A stretch of DNA of 64,000 bases from Mobula hypostoma (lineage: Eukaryota): positions 4,588,001-4,652,000 of the forward strand of contig NC_086098.1 of assembly GCF_963921235.1 (NCBI RefSeq). The letters are read 5' to 3'. The position numbers and the translations under genes are program-made. Shown in pieces: positions 1 to 11,677 of this stretch (its first letter is position 1; every line of letters starts with the position of its first letter). Below the pieces are notes generated by a model. The model was not told the DNA's origin, did no database searches, and was given only the letters and a program-made list of their open reading frames with translations.

Positions 1-177
1 ATAAGTGTAAAGGAATAAGACCATTTTTTTTGCTGCACAACAACAAATTTCATGACAAATATCAGCGATAATAAACCTGATTCTGATTCAGATTCTAATA
101 TGGGGACCACGCAGGAAATTATATGATTGGCCATAATCTTACTGAATGATTAGGTTCAAAGGTTGTAAGGCTCAGTC

Positions 178-293
178 AACACACATAAAAGTTGCTGGTG
201 AACGCAGCAGGCCAGGCAGCATCTCTAGGAGGAGGTGCAGTCGACATTTCAGGCCGAGACCCTTGGTCAGGACTAACTGAAGGAAGAGTGAGT
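178..293 (-). mobile_element. Short Penelope-like pLTR insert with mutated hammerhead motif
   Basis: Flanked by TSD CTCAGTC (171-177 / 294-300). Minus strand reads AGTC-CTGACCA-AGGGTCTCGGCCT-GAAA-TG-TC-GACT. Same family as 11840, 45604 and 54810. Confidence 0.75.
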
Positions 294-319
294 CTCAGTC
301 CTTCTTTTGTTCTTTAAGA

Positions 320-678
320 TTCAAGGTGGTATAGATAGAGTAAATGCAGGCAGATTTTTTCCACTGAGGTTGGGCGGGATAACAAGCAGAGGTAATGGGT
401 TGAGGGTGTAAAGTGAAAATTTGAAGGGGAACATGAAGGGAAACTTCTTCACTCAGAGGGTGCTATGAGTGTGGAATGAGCTGCCAGCAAACACGTGGTG
501 CATGTGAGCCCAGTTTCAACATTTCAGACAAGTTTGGATGGGAGCATGGATGGTAGGGGTATGGAGGGTTATGGTCCCTGAGCATGTTGATGGGACTAGG
601 CAGTTCAAATGTTTCAGTATGGACTAGATGGGCCAAATGGCCTGTTTCTGTGCTGTAGGTTTCCATGGCTCTATGACT
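320..678 (+). mobile_element. CR1 LINE 3' end fragment
   Basis: Degenerate RT C-terminus (TRGH-like, FFTQRV..WNELP) plus the typical CR1 3' UTR ending in TCTATG-like repeats. Confidence 0.85.
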
Positions 679-679
679 A

Positions 680-1100
680 TTCAGGATAGTTTATTGTCTT
701 CCTTCAGAACACGGGTGTAAAGGAGCACAAAAGGATTGTTATCCTGATCTGACGCAACCACAATGAGCATAAAAATCACAATAAATATAACTATATAAGA
801 CAGCCTATATACATAGATCGATTGTAAATCCATAAAGTGACGCTCTGCACAGGAGTGTCTGTACATAATGTGACTGACAGGAGATGACAAAGTAGTGGTG
901 TTGGGGGTGTGGAGGGGTGGGTTTGTGGGTGGAGGTGTTGATCAGCCGTACTCCTTGGGGAAAGTAACTGTTCTGAGTCTGCTGGTCCTGGTGTGGATGC
1001 TGTGTAGACTCTCCCCTGATGGGAGTGGGACAAACAATCCATGAGCAGGGTGGCTGGGATTCTTCATAATGTTACCAGCCCTTTTCCGTCACCTTTCTCT
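680..1100 (-). mobile_element. Rex1/Babar-like LINE 3' tail
   Basis: Homologous to copies at 26198-26780 and 50615-51090 (shared CATAAAGTGAC...ACAGGAGTGTCTG...TGACAGGAAATGA). Confidence 0.65.
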
Positions 1101-1191
1101 TTGGAATTGATACTTTTTTCAAATCAATGAAAATTGTTTCTTTATTTATTTTAGAAGAAGGTGAATGTGTAGACTAGATTGTTTTCTGCAG

Positions 1192-1293
1192 AGATCTGTT
1201 ACTTATTCCAGAAGAAGCTCCAGCACTTGACAGATTGGTGCTTAAGATTTGCCGCCGCACTCTGAAAATAACCACATTTCTATGTGAGCTGAG
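1192..1293 (+). other. Candidate coding exon of an unidentified host gene (DLLLIPEEAPALDRLVLKICRRTLKITTFLCEL)
   Basis: Non-repetitive; TTTTCTGCAG acceptor, AG|GTAAAA donor, 102 nt, one open frame (phase 2-2). Peptide not recognised; could be chance. Confidence 0.25.
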
Positions 1294-1805
1294 GTAAAAT
1301 TTATTTTAAATTCCCCGTACTGGAAAGGGTGTTATTTTGTCCTTGTATAGAAATACCTACGCCTGGACAAATTCTTTCTACCAATGAGCTATGAATTCAT
1401 TTGCAAGTTTCTTTGGGCTCTGGTTGACAGGAGGAATGCAGGCTGCATTATAACAAAACAAAAAAAATTCCTTTCTTCACGGAAAGGATTCACTCAGTGT
1501 TCTCATTTGCAGAGGCATCAGTTTCACTAACACTGCTGGAAATGGACCTGTTGTAACTCAAAGCAGAGAGCCTATCTTAGCAGCAGACAACACAGACCCC
1601 GGAACAGAAATAAATCAATGATTCCGGTAGGCAGTATTGGATTTATTTTTGTACATTACCATGATTTCTGTGAGATTACATCATTACATCAGTTTTGCAA
1701 TTCCATGAGTCCCACTGTTTCAGAACTGTTCCGTTATATCTATTGGATGAATGAAATGTTCATTGGGCATTTCAAAGCATTATCATAAAGTCATAAAACA
1801 CAATT

Positions 1806-2325
1806 TCACTAATGGCTACAATGTCATAATTCTACAACCTGTTCCATGCCTTGAGCTTATCCACCTTTCTTACAATACTCCTTGTATAGCTTAGAACATT
1901 AGTCCCACCAGACTGAACCTTTTGATTTCTGACCTTGAATGTAGGCTTAACAACATCTGTGTCCACAACCTCTCCACCACCTGTGTCCACAACCTCTCCA
2001 CCATCTGTTCTGGCCCCCATGGTTTCCATCTCTCTCCAACTCTAGTTTAAACTCCCGCCTCCCCTCCCTTCCCCACCCCAATGCAGCACTACCAAACCTT
2101 CCTGCTAGGTTATTAATCTCCTCCCGTTCATGCATAATCTATCTCTTCTGTACAGCTTCCACCTTCCCTAAAAGAGAGCCCAATTACCCATAATTCTAAC
2201 ACTCTCCCTCCTATACCAACTCTTTAGCCACATGCTAAACTGTATGATCTTCCTATTTCTGTCCTCACTGGCACCGTTAGCAATCCCAAGAACACAACCC
2301 AGGAGGTCCTGTCCTTTAACTTAGT
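1806..2325 (-). mobile_element. CR1 fragment (end of ORF1 to start of endonuclease)
   Basis: Minus-strand peptides RSIVRKVDKL and REFKLEL; homologous to 37150-37500. Contains a 24-bp tandem duplication near 1956-2005. Confidence 0.75.
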
Positions 2326-2327
2326 CA

Positions 2328-2948
2328 AATGTATCAGTATTACAGTGGAGTAAAGGGAATTACAAAGACATGAAAGAGGGGTTGGCCAGAATTGATTGGA
2401 AAAGAACACTGGCAGGGACGATGGCAGAGCAGCAATGGCTGGAATTTCTGGAAGCAATTCAGAAGGCACAGGATATATACATCCCAAAGAGAATAGGTAT
2501 TCTAAAGAAAAGATAACACAACTGTGCCCAACAAGAGAAGTCAAAGGCAACATAAGAGGTAAAGAGAGGGCATATAATAGAGCAGAAATTAGTGGGAAGC
2601 TTTCAAATACCAACAGAAGGCAACTAAAGAAATCGTTGAGTAGGTAAAGATGGAATTCGATAGTAAGCTAGCCAAGTATATTAAAGAGGATATCCAAAGT
2701 TCCTTCAGATACATAAAGTTTAAAAGAGAGGCGAGAATGGATATTGGACTGCTGGAGAATGATGCCAGAGAAGAAACAATGGGGGACAATGAAATAGTGG
2801 ACAAACTAAATAAGTATTTTCCATCAGTCTTCACTGTGGAAGACTCTAGCAGTATGGTGGAAGTTCCAGGTATCAGGGGGCATGAAGTGTGTGAAGTTAC
2901 CATAACTATAGAGAAGGTTCTTGGAAAACCAAAAGGTCTGAAGGTAGG
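2328..2948 (+). mobile_element. CR1 ORF2 internal fragment (EN-RT linker)
   Basis: ORF 2650-2982 (KLAKYIKED..LNKYFPSVFT..KVLGK) matches the CR1 ORF2 at 21510-24101 and 38050-38690. Confidence 0.85.
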
Positions 2949-3392
2949 TAGTCTCCAGCCCCTTGGTATGTATACCGTCTAAGTAGTCTCCAGCCCATTG
3001 GTATGAACATAGAATTCTCCAACTTCCAGTAATTCCCTCCCCCTCCCTTCCCCTATCCCTATGTCACTCTGCCCCCTCCCTCAGCTGCCTAGCACCTCCC
3101 TCTTGGTTCCGCCTCCTTCTACTACCCATTGTGTTTTCCCGTATTCTTTCTTCACCTTTCCTGCCTATCACCTCCCTGCTTCCCCTCCCCCACCCCTTTA
3201 TCTTTCCCCTTACTGGTTTTTCACCTGGAACTGACCAGCCTTCTCCTTCCCACCCTCCCCCCACCTTCTTTATAGGGCCTCTGCCCCTTCCCTCTACAGT
3301 CCTGACGAAGGGTTCCGGCCTGAAACGTCAACCAATCTTTTCCATGGATGCTGCCCAACCTGCTGAGTTCCTCCAGTGTGTTGTGAGTGTTC
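2949..3392 (+). mobile_element. Penelope-like element 3' end / pLTR with hammerhead motif
   Basis: Encodes SLQPIGMNIEFSNF (end of the GIY-YIG ORF), then a pyrimidine-rich tract and AGTC-CTGACGA-AGGGTTCCGGCCT-GAAA-CGTC at about 3298-3329. Confidence 0.8.
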
Positions 3393-3602
3393 CCTTGTTC
3401 ACAATACTCCTTGCGTTAAAATAGACACATCTCAAACAGTCCGTCAGAGCGCATCCCTTCTCTATCACTTGCCTATCCTCTCTCTCACACTGTCTCCAAG
3501 CTTTCTCTATTTGTGAGCCAACCGCCTCTTCCCCAGTCCCTCCAGTTCGGATCCCACCCCCCCCACCCAGCAATTCTAGTTTAAACTCTCCCCAATAGCC
3601 TT

Positions 3603-4744
3603 GGCGCGTGACCAAGTGGTTATGGTGTTCGTCTAGTGATTTGAAGGTCGCTAGTTCGAGCCTTGGCTGAGGCAGTGTGTTGTGTCCTTGAGCAAGGCAC
3701 TTAACCACACATTGCTCTGCGACGACACTGGTACCAAGCTGTGTTGGCCCTAGTGCCCTTCCCTTGGACAACATCGGTGGTGTGATGGGATCCTGAATTA
3801 CCCCTATTAACTGTGCTTTTGAAAAAAGAGAGACAGAGTTATTTAACACCAACAACTTGTTTTTAAAAGAGGGAGAGAGACGAAGACTGCTCACAGGTTG
3901 TTGATACTCCTCAAGGACAGTCGCCAGCTTGTGCATTTCTTATACAGAGAGAGGAAGGAGGTGTTATTTGAGTGTCAGCTGGTGCTCAGCACGGGAAGAC
4001 AAAATAGGAGGTCAGATGATAGACCTCAGAAACATGTTTTGGACACTGAATGAGCATTGTTGTGCCCGCAGAAAAAGAGGGTTTTGGAGGATCGATCAGG
4101 CGGATTGATTAGTTGCTCTTGCAGTGAAAAGGAAAGGAGTTGACTGGTGGGGAGTTGTCCATGTGTCCACCCTCACCTGGGTGATAGCTCCACCACAGAA
4201 AACCGGTCCCCTTTGTTAAAGTCACAGTTGGTGACTTTTAAAGGATTTCAAAGGACAACGAGAAGATCGACGGCGTCAGCTCACCTGAAGACTCAGATCT
4301 CTCCCTCTCTCTCTCTCTCTCTCCCTCTCCATCACTACTCAACTTAATACCACGAACTGAGCTGAACTGAACTTTACTTATCATCATAAGACTGTATCTT
4401 TTTACTCCTAGACTTAAAGAAGCTTGGGTTTTCATACATATATATTCCACACTTACTTTTACATAATCATTGCTAACCTGTTTGATTTATCTACATTTAT
4501 ATTACTGTATTGCGTAGTTACTAATAAATATTATTAGTTTATAGCAATACTGGATTCCAAAGTGTTTTCCATCTCTGCTGGTTCCTTATTCCCGTCACGG
4601 GGTACGTGACAGTGGCAAGGAGAGGGGAGACTTGCAACATGGGCAACTGCTGGTCTTCCATACAACCTTGCTCAGCCCTGCACCCTGGAAACCTTCCAAG
4701 GCGCAAATCCATGCTCTCACGAGACTAACAGATGCCTATAAAAA
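3603..4744 (+). mobile_element. tRNA-derived CORE-like SINE, split by a solo LTR
   Basis: A/B-box-like head, GTGTCCTTGAGCAAGGCACTTAAC core, A-tail; TSD AATAGCCTT (3594-3602 / 4745-4753). Uninterrupted sibling at 57101-57405. Confidence 0.85.
3781..4611 (+). mobile_element. Solo LTR (family A)
   Basis: TGTGA...GTGACA termini, perfect 4-bp TSD GTGG, AATAAA near 4523; reverse-orientation sibling at 40423-41410. Confidence 0.9.
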
Positions 4745-5787
4745 AATAGCCTTAGCAAACCTCCCTGCCAGGATATTGATCCCTCCCTGGGATTCAAGTG
4801 CAACCTGTCTTTTTTGTACAGGTCACACCTGCACCAAAAGAAGCCCCAATGATCCAGAAATCTGAATCCCTGCCTCCTGCTCCAATCCCTCACCGGCGCA
4901 TTTATCCTGCACCTCATTCTATTCCTATACTCACTGTCACGTGGCACAGGCAGTAATTCTGAGATTACTACCTTTGTGGTCCTGCTTCTCAACTTCCTAA
5001 CTCCCTGTAGTCTGTTTTCAGGACCTCCTCCCTTTTCCTACCTATGTCGTTGGTAACAATATGTACCATGACCTCTGGCTGTTCTCCCTCCCACTGCAGG
5101 ATATCGTGGACGTGATCTGAAACATTTCAGAGCCTGGCACCTGGGAGGCAAACTACCCTCCGAGTTTCTTTCCTGTGTCCACAGAATCACCTGTCTGACC
5201 CCCTAACTATAGAGTCCCCTATCACTGCTGCCATCCTCTTCCTTTCCCAACTCTTCTGAGCCATAGGGCCAGACTCTGTGCCAGAGGCACGGCCACTGTT
5301 ACTTCCCCCAGCTAAGCCGTCTTCCCCAACAGTACTCAAACAGGAGTACCTATTGTTAAGGGGGACAGCCACTGGGGTACTCTCTAGTATCTGCTTCTTG
5401 CCCTTCCCTCTCCTGACCGTTACCCACTTGTCTGTCTCCCGAGACCCCAGAGTGGCTACCTGTCTATAGCTCCTTTCTATCACCTCCTCACTCTCCCTGA
5501 CCAGACAAAGGTCATCGAGCTGAATCTCCAGTTCCCTAATGCGGTCCTGAAGGAGCTGCAGCTGAACACCCCTTGTGCAGATGTGGCCTTCTGAGAGGCT
5601 GGGAGTCTACAGGACCTCCCACATCTGATACCGAGCACAGAAAACCGACCTCACACGTATACTTCCTGCCTGTAATCTACACGTAACGAACCTCGCCTCG
5701 ACCCGTTATCGCCTAAGCCCCGTTGAGCCAAAACCTTCCTACTCTGTCTCTCACTACTGTAACACCCGCTCTGTAAAGCTGTCTTCT

Positions 5788-6065
5788 TTTTAAACTCTTG
5801 CCCCGTTCTCACTGGCCTGCGCAGTCGTGCCCCGTTCAAACCGCTAAAGAAATAACCGTCACCTTTTCAACTCTGCTCGCTTTTAGACTCTTCCTGCTGT
5901 TGTCACTGGCCAACCTCCACGTGCTTGAGCAGTCATGCCCCGTTCATCGCTGAAGAAATAACCATCACTTTTTCAACTCTGCTCACTTTTAAACTCTTCC
6001 CCCTGTTCTCACTGGCCGATCACCACGCGCTTATGCAGTCATGCCCCGTTCAAATCGCTGAAGAA
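5788..6065. repeat. About three copies of a ~95-105 bp monomer in the CR1 5' UTR
   Basis: TTTA(A/G)ACTCTT...CACTGGCC...GCAGTC(G/A)TGCCCCGTTCA...CGCT(A/G)AAGAAA recurs at about 5788, 5881 and 5987. Confidence 0.8.
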
Positions 6066-6247
6066 AAATATGGTGATATAGTGGTTGAAAGAAATAAAAG
6101 ATAAAGAAAAAGAAAAATGAAAGGGAATTAGAGCTTTGTGTAGGAGGGAGGGGATAGATCATAGATTAGGTTAAAGGAGCAGCACAACATCATGAAAGTC
6201 TGAACTATGCTGTTCTATGTTCGATGTAAGGGGTTCGGAGTCTGCTG

Positions 6248-7350
6248 GGAATGAGAGATGTGTGTGGGCCATGTGTCAGGAATGGGAGATATGGACCATC
6301 TACCTGTACAGGGAATGAGAGATGTGGACCATGTGGAGGGAATGAGAGATGTGGACCATGTACAGGGAATGAGGGATTTAGACCATGTACAAGGAATGAG
6401 AGATGTGGACCATGAACAGGGAATGAGAGATGTGGACCATGTACAGGGAATGAGGGATTTAGACCATGTACAGGGAATGAGAGATGTGGACCATGAACAG
6501 GGAATGAGAGATGTGGACCATGTGCAGGGAATGAGAGATTTAGACCATGTACAGGGAATGAGAGATATGGACCATGTACAGGGAATGAGGGATTTGGACC
6601 ATGTACAAGGAATGAGGGATTTAGACCATGTACAGGGAATGAGGGATTTAGACCATGTACAAGGAATGAGGGATTTAGACCATGTACAGGGAATGAGGGA
6701 TTTAGACCATGTACAGGGAATGAGAGATATGGACCACGTGGAGGGAATAAGAGAAGTGGACCATGTACAGGGAATGAGGGATTTAGACCATGTACAAGGA
6801 ATGAGGGATTTAGACCGTGTACAGGGAATGAGGGATTTAGACCATGTACAAGGAATGAGGGATTTAGACCATGTACAGGGAATGAGGGATTTAGACCATG
6901 TACAGGGAATGAGAGATGTGGACCATGTACAGGGAATGAGGGATTTAGACCATGTACAAGGAATGAGGGATTTAGACCATGTACAGGGAATGAGGGATTT
7001 AGACCATGTACAGGGAATGAGAGATGTGGACCATGTACAGGGAATGAGAGATGTGGACCATGTACAGGGAATGAGAGATGTGGACCATGTACAGGGAATG
7101 GGAGATGTGGACCATGTACGGGGAATGAGGGATTTAGACCATGTACAGGGAATGAGGGATGTGGACCATGTACAGGGAATGAGAGATGTGGACCATGTAC
7201 AGGGAATGAGAGATGTGGACCATGTACAGGGAATGGGAGATGTGGACCATGTACAGGGAATGAGGGATTTAGACCATGTACAGGGAATGAGGGATTTAGC
7301 CATGTACAGGGAATGAGGGATTTACACCATGTGCAGGGAATGAGATGTTT
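6248..7350. repeat. 27-bp minisatellite, about 40 units (GGGAATGAG[A/G]GAT[G/T]T[G/A]GACCATGTACA)
   Basis: Direct reading; gives the repetitive ORFs (MRDLDHVQG)n on + and (SLIPCTWSK/T)n on -. Confidence 0.97.
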
Positions 7351-7694
7351 AGACTATGTTATTTCTCTGTGGATAAGAAGGCATACAGTGTATTGGCCTT
7401 CATCAACTGTGGGATTGAGTTTAGGAGTCTCACAATTCTGCTACACCTCTCAACATATTGGCATGCACTCAGAGATCCAGGCTAATTAATGTCAGTTAAA
7501 TACATCTCATCACTGGCTTCTAACTGAGCAAATCTGGTCCTCCTGGCTGAAGTCTGTTCTTGCCAATAGATGGAAACTCAGGAAGAGAAGGAGGTAAGGA
7601 AGTTCAAGCAAAAAAAGAAAATAAAGTTAGCTTCCACTGACAGCTTATAGTATTATACTTGGCAGACCATTGTTAACCAAAGCTGTGGTTTATG

Positions 7695-8240
7695 CAGTAC
7701 TGTGCAAAGGTTTTAGGCACATAGGTATAGCTAGGGTGGGAAGATTTTTGCACAGTACTGTATCTGTCAATGTGGAGTGGAGAGTGAGTTTGTAAATCTG
7801 GCGGGAGCAAAGGATGTTGGAATAGTGAGGGTGGAGCGCTGCAGGAGGGGTGTGGACAGGTGGCAGAGATGGAGTGCCATGGGCAGGGGCTGGCACGGAT
7901 GCAGACACACCCAGCCCTGAGACACCAGACGAGGTCATTTGATTCCAAACTATTGTTCCAAACTATTCCAAGCTATTGGTTTATTGATTATTGCAGTTTG
8001 ATTCTCACTGGTGCTTTCCACTTCCTCTCCTCTCCCTTCCCCTTTTCCCAAACATGATTCCCCTCTCCCTGTTCCCTTTCCACTCTCAGTCCAACAGAGA
8101 CCCATATCAGAATCAGGTTTATCTTCACTCACGTATGTCATGAAATTTGTTTTTTATTATGGCAACAATATAGGGCAATACATAAAATTAGTACAGTACA
8201 GTGCAAAAGTCTTAGGCATCCGAAGGCTTTTGCACAGTAT
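7695..8240. mobile_element. Composite Tc1/mariner-like non-autonomous element (mini-foldback, cargo, mini-foldback)
   Basis: CAGTACTGTGCAAA...TTTGCACAGTACTG units at both ends; collinear sibling at 54253-54719. Confidence 0.7.
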
Positions 8241-8349
8241 AATTTCCGAAAGGTAGTTCCTTATTTTTAACTGTATAATAGGTAAAAATTGAGGCATTGA
8301 TGAAATTGGGAGCTAATTAGCAGATTTTAATGTGATTTTATTTGCTGAA

Positions 8350-8512
8350 TTAAGAAGCTGGAAGGTGATAGGTGGAATTGGTAAAGTACTGAAGAAGAAG
8401 GAATCTGATTGGAGAGGAGAGTTGACCATAGAAGAAAGAGGAAGAGGAGGGGAACCAGAATGGAGTATGAAAAAGAAATAGGGGTGGGGAGGGGGAAGGG
8501 GAAGGAAGGAGG
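8350..8512 (-). mobile_element. Penelope-like pLTR fragment
   Basis: Reverse complement of the CTCCTCTCC(T/A)ATCAGATTCCTTCTTCTTCAG motif seen at 10500 and 61480. Confidence 0.6.
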
Positions 8513-8577
8513 ATTTGCAGTTTATTGTACCAGATGAGTGCTATCAATAGATTTATCTGCTTTGTTTTTTGATATTG

Positions 8578-9695
8578 ACTTTATACTTTATTGTCGCCAA
8601 ACAATTGATACTAGAGTGTCAATCATCACAGCGATATTTGATACTGCGCTTCCCGCTCCCTGGATTACAAATCGATAGTAAATATTAAAAATTTAAATTA
8701 TAAATCATAAATAGAAAATAGAAAAATGGAAAGTAAGGTAGTGCAAAAAAACGAGAGGCAGATCCGGATATTTGGAGGGTATGGCCCAGATGTGGGTCAG
8801 GATCCGTTCAGCAGTCTTATCACAGTTGGAAAGAAGCTGTTCCCAAATCTGGCTGTACGAGTCTTCAAGCTCCTGAGCCTTCTCCCGGAGGGGAGAGGGA
8901 CAAAAAGTGTGTTGGCTGGGTGGGTCGTGTCCTTGATTATCCTGGCAGCACTGCTCCGACAGCGTGCGGTGTAAAGTGAGTCCAAGGACGGAAGATTGGT
9001 TTCTGTGATGTGCTGCACTGTGTTCACGACCTTCTGCAGCTTCTTCCGGTCTTGGACAGGACAACTTCCATACCAGGTTGTGATGCACCCTAGAAGAATG
9101 CTTTCTACGGTGCATCTATAAAAATTAGTGAGGGTTTTAGGGGACAGGCCAAATTTCTTTAGTTTTCTCAGGAAGTAAAGGTGCTGATGGGCCTTCTTGG
9201 CAGTGAACTCTGCTTGGCTGGACCAAGTCAGGTCATTTGTGATATTGACCCCGAGGAACTTAAAGCTTCTGACCTGTTCCACTTGCGTACCACCGATGTA
9301 AATTGGGTCGTGCGGTCCGCTACTCCTTCTGAAGTCAACAACCAATTCCTTCGTCTTGCTGACGTTGAGGGATAGGTTATTGTCTTCGCACCATGCCACC
9401 AGGTTCTTAATTTCCTCTCTGTACTCAAACTCATCATTACCCGAGATATGGCCTACAATTGTTGTGTCATCAGCAAACTTATATATTGAGTTTGATGGAA
9501 ACTTGGCTACACAATCGTGGGTGTACAGTGAGTACAGCAGGGGGCTGAGTACACAGCCTTGTGGGGCACCGGTGCTCAGAGAGATTGTAGAGGAGAGCTT
9601 GTCCCCTATTTTTACAGCCTGGATCCTGTCTGTGAGCAAGTTGAAGATCCAGCTGCAGATCTGAGTGTTAAGGCCCAGGTTCCGGAGCTTAGGAA
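8578..9695 (-). mobile_element. Rex1/Babar-like LINE, 5'-truncated
   Basis: RT ORF plus a 3' UTR ending in AATAAAGTA(T)AAAGT; near-identical tail copy at 13524-13752. Confidence 0.85.
8797..9639 (-). CDS. Non-LTR reverse transcriptase C-terminal region (Rex1/Babar-type), 280 aa, uninterrupted
   Basis: Motifs GAPQGCVLSPLLYSLYT, KFADD, KTKELVVDFRR, FKFLG, LYFLRKL, NSFFPTVIRLLN. Confidence 0.9.
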   Translation of the reverse strand: MLTDRIQAVKIGDKLSSTISLSTGAPQGCVLSPLLYSLYTHDCVAKFPSNSIYKFADDTTIVGHISGNDEFEYREEIKNLVAWCEDNNLSLNVSKTKELVVDFRRSSGPHDPIYIGGTQVEQVRSFKFLGVNITNDLTWSSQAEFTAKKAHQHLYFLRKLKKFGLSPKTLTNFYRCTVESILLGCITTWYGSCPVQDRKKLQKVVNTVQHITETNLPSLDSLYTARCRSSAARIIKDTTHPANTLFVPLPSGRRLRSLKTRTARFGNSFFPTVIRLLNGS

Positions 9696-9896
9696 CCTGG
9701 TGCTCAATAAGTGTTCAAGTTTCTAACCTATATTTGCCTAAGGCATAGTAGAATTTTCATTTCCATTTTGAATAATATTAATGTGATGTTTAGACATTTC
9801 TAGATGCAATCTCTCTCTCTCTGTCTCTGCATGTGTGATATCTGTGCTGAAGGTTTGCAGAATGAAAATTTACTTCTCACTGGTTTCTCCATTTAG

Positions 9897-9953
9897 ATGC
9901 AACACAAACACTCCCTTGTGGGAGATGTTGCTTTGCCAGGTTTCGCATTTCAG
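9897..9953 (+). other. Candidate small exon (CNTNTPLWEMLLCQVSHF)
   Basis: Polypyrimidine TTTCTCCATTTAG acceptor, CAG|GTTGAT donor, phase-compatible with 1192-1293. Weak. Confidence 0.2.
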
Positions 9954-10414
9954 GTTGATGAACTTTAGTTTTTAATATATTTTCTGATATCATGGAAATT
10001 GTTGAGCCTATGCTGTTTCTTCTGGGCAATCCCACTAGACCCATTGCCCCAATTATGTTTCACTTTAGCCTCTTCTCTCATGCATGTCAATCTAATTTCC
10101 CACCCAGCTCTCCTGTTATCCACCTACATGAGGGGAAATTTATAGTAGGCAGTTAATCTACGTACAAAATTTATGATCTGAACTGGGAAATTTTATTGAT
10201 AAAAATTGTTTTGGTCTGAATAGAAAATGAGGAAGAACAGGGAGAACTAAAGAGAATGTTTGTTATAGGATGTAGATGAAGGGTGGTTTTGGCTGAAAGA
10301 TGCTGTAAAAGTTTGTGAATGATAAAAGATGCATAAGGACAAGCAGTGTTGAAGGAATAAAGGAAATTTCAGATTACTAGTAGAGGAAAAAAGAGGAAAT
10401 GATACAAGACTGAA

Positions 10415-10965
10415 ATTTCTTTCTCTTCTCTCTTTTTTCTTTTTCCCTCTCCCATTTTAGTCCCCCCCTCCTCCTCTCCTTTCTCCCATGGTCCACTGTC
10501 CTCTCCAATCAGATTCCTTCTTCTTCAGCCCTTCACCTCTTCCACCTATCACCTTCCAGCTGCTTATTTCATCCTCCATTCCCATCCACCCAACTTCCCT
10601 TTATGTCTGGAGGTACATTGTTTGTAAGTCCAAAACATAAAAGCTAATTGAAAGGAAAACGAGGGAGTCAGGAAATAACTTCAGTTCATTCATTTTCACT
10701 TCATGTGAGGTCTGAATGAAGACATGTAGGCATGACGACGTATATCATTTATGTGCTTTTAGATATAACCCTTAATGAATGATTTATATGAACAAGAATG
10801 CTTAATCAAACAATATATTTGTAATGACACTCAAATATTACTGACATATTAAGCACACAACACCCCCAGCTTATTCGGGCTTCTTCTCCCTTCCTTTCCA
10901 ATGCCGATGAAGCGTCGCGGCCGAAACATTAACTGTTTATCCCCTTCCATAGACATAGTGTGTTG
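10415..10965 (+). mobile_element. Penelope-like pLTR remnant interrupted by a short LTR-like sequence (about 10619-10862)
   Basis: pLTR motif at 10485-10600 and a degenerate hammerhead near 10900-10935; the insert is related to 24801-24900. Confidence 0.5.
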
Positions 10966-11077
10966 CATGACTGAATTGCTTGGTTATGTGTAATTGTTGA
11001 GTTCTGAAAGCTGCACTGTTAATGGACATGAAGTGATCAAAATGTGATGCTTTCTACATTAGAGAAACTGAATGCAA

Positions 11078-11677
11078 ATTGAATATAAAAGCAAGGATGT
11101 AAAGCTGAGGCACTGGTCAAGCCTCACTTGGAGTATTGTGAGCAGCTTTGGGCCCCTTATTTGAGAAAGGAGGTGCTGACATTGGACAGGATTCAGAGGA
11201 GATTCAGGAAAATTCCAGGATTGGAAGGCTCATTGCATGAGGAGTACTTGATGGCTCCGGGCCTCTGCTCATTGGAAATAAGAAGAATGATGGGGAACCT
11301 CATTGAAACCTATTGAATTTTGAAAGGCCTAGATGTAAAGAGGATGTTTCCTTTGGTGGGGGAAGCTAGGAACAGAAGGCACGGCTTCAAAATAAAGGGC
11401 TGTCCATTTAGAACAGAGATGAGGGAGAACTTCTTTAGCCAGAGGGTGATAAATCTATGGAATTTGTTGCCACAGGTGGCTGCAGAGGCCAGGTCATTGG
11501 GTGTATTTAAGGCAAAGGTTGATAGGTTCTTGGTTAGTTAGGGTGTGAAGGGTTATGGGAATAAGTCAGGAGAATGGGGTTGCGAGGGAAATAGATCAGC
11601 CCTGATGAAATGGCAGAACAGAATCAATGGGCCAAGTGGCTTAATTCTGCTCCTATGTCTTATGGTCTTATGGTCTA
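11078..11677 (+). mobile_element. CR1 3' end
   Basis: ORFs 11128-11316 (LEYCEQLWAPY) and 11320-11541 (FFSQRVINLWN); TTATGGTC tail repeats. Confidence 0.9.

Larger units (their letters stand above)
3393..6065 (-). mobile_element. CR1 5' portion (5' UTR with tandem monomers, ORF1 with SGNH esterase), interrupted by a SINE and an LTR
   Basis: ORFs 5187-5483 (KWVTVRR..VIGDSIVRG) and 4717-4992 (VVISELLPVPR..GFRFLDHW..LHLN); CVYFNARSI marks the endonuclease start near 3400-3430. Confidence 0.85.

Noticed and set aside
6215..7316. 352-aa and 362-aa repetitive ORFs as real proteins, or the array as CRISPR
   Set aside because: The unit length is a multiple of three and lacks stops, which explains the ORFs. 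Units are head-to-tail with no unique spacers, there are no cas genes, and the context is eukaryotic.
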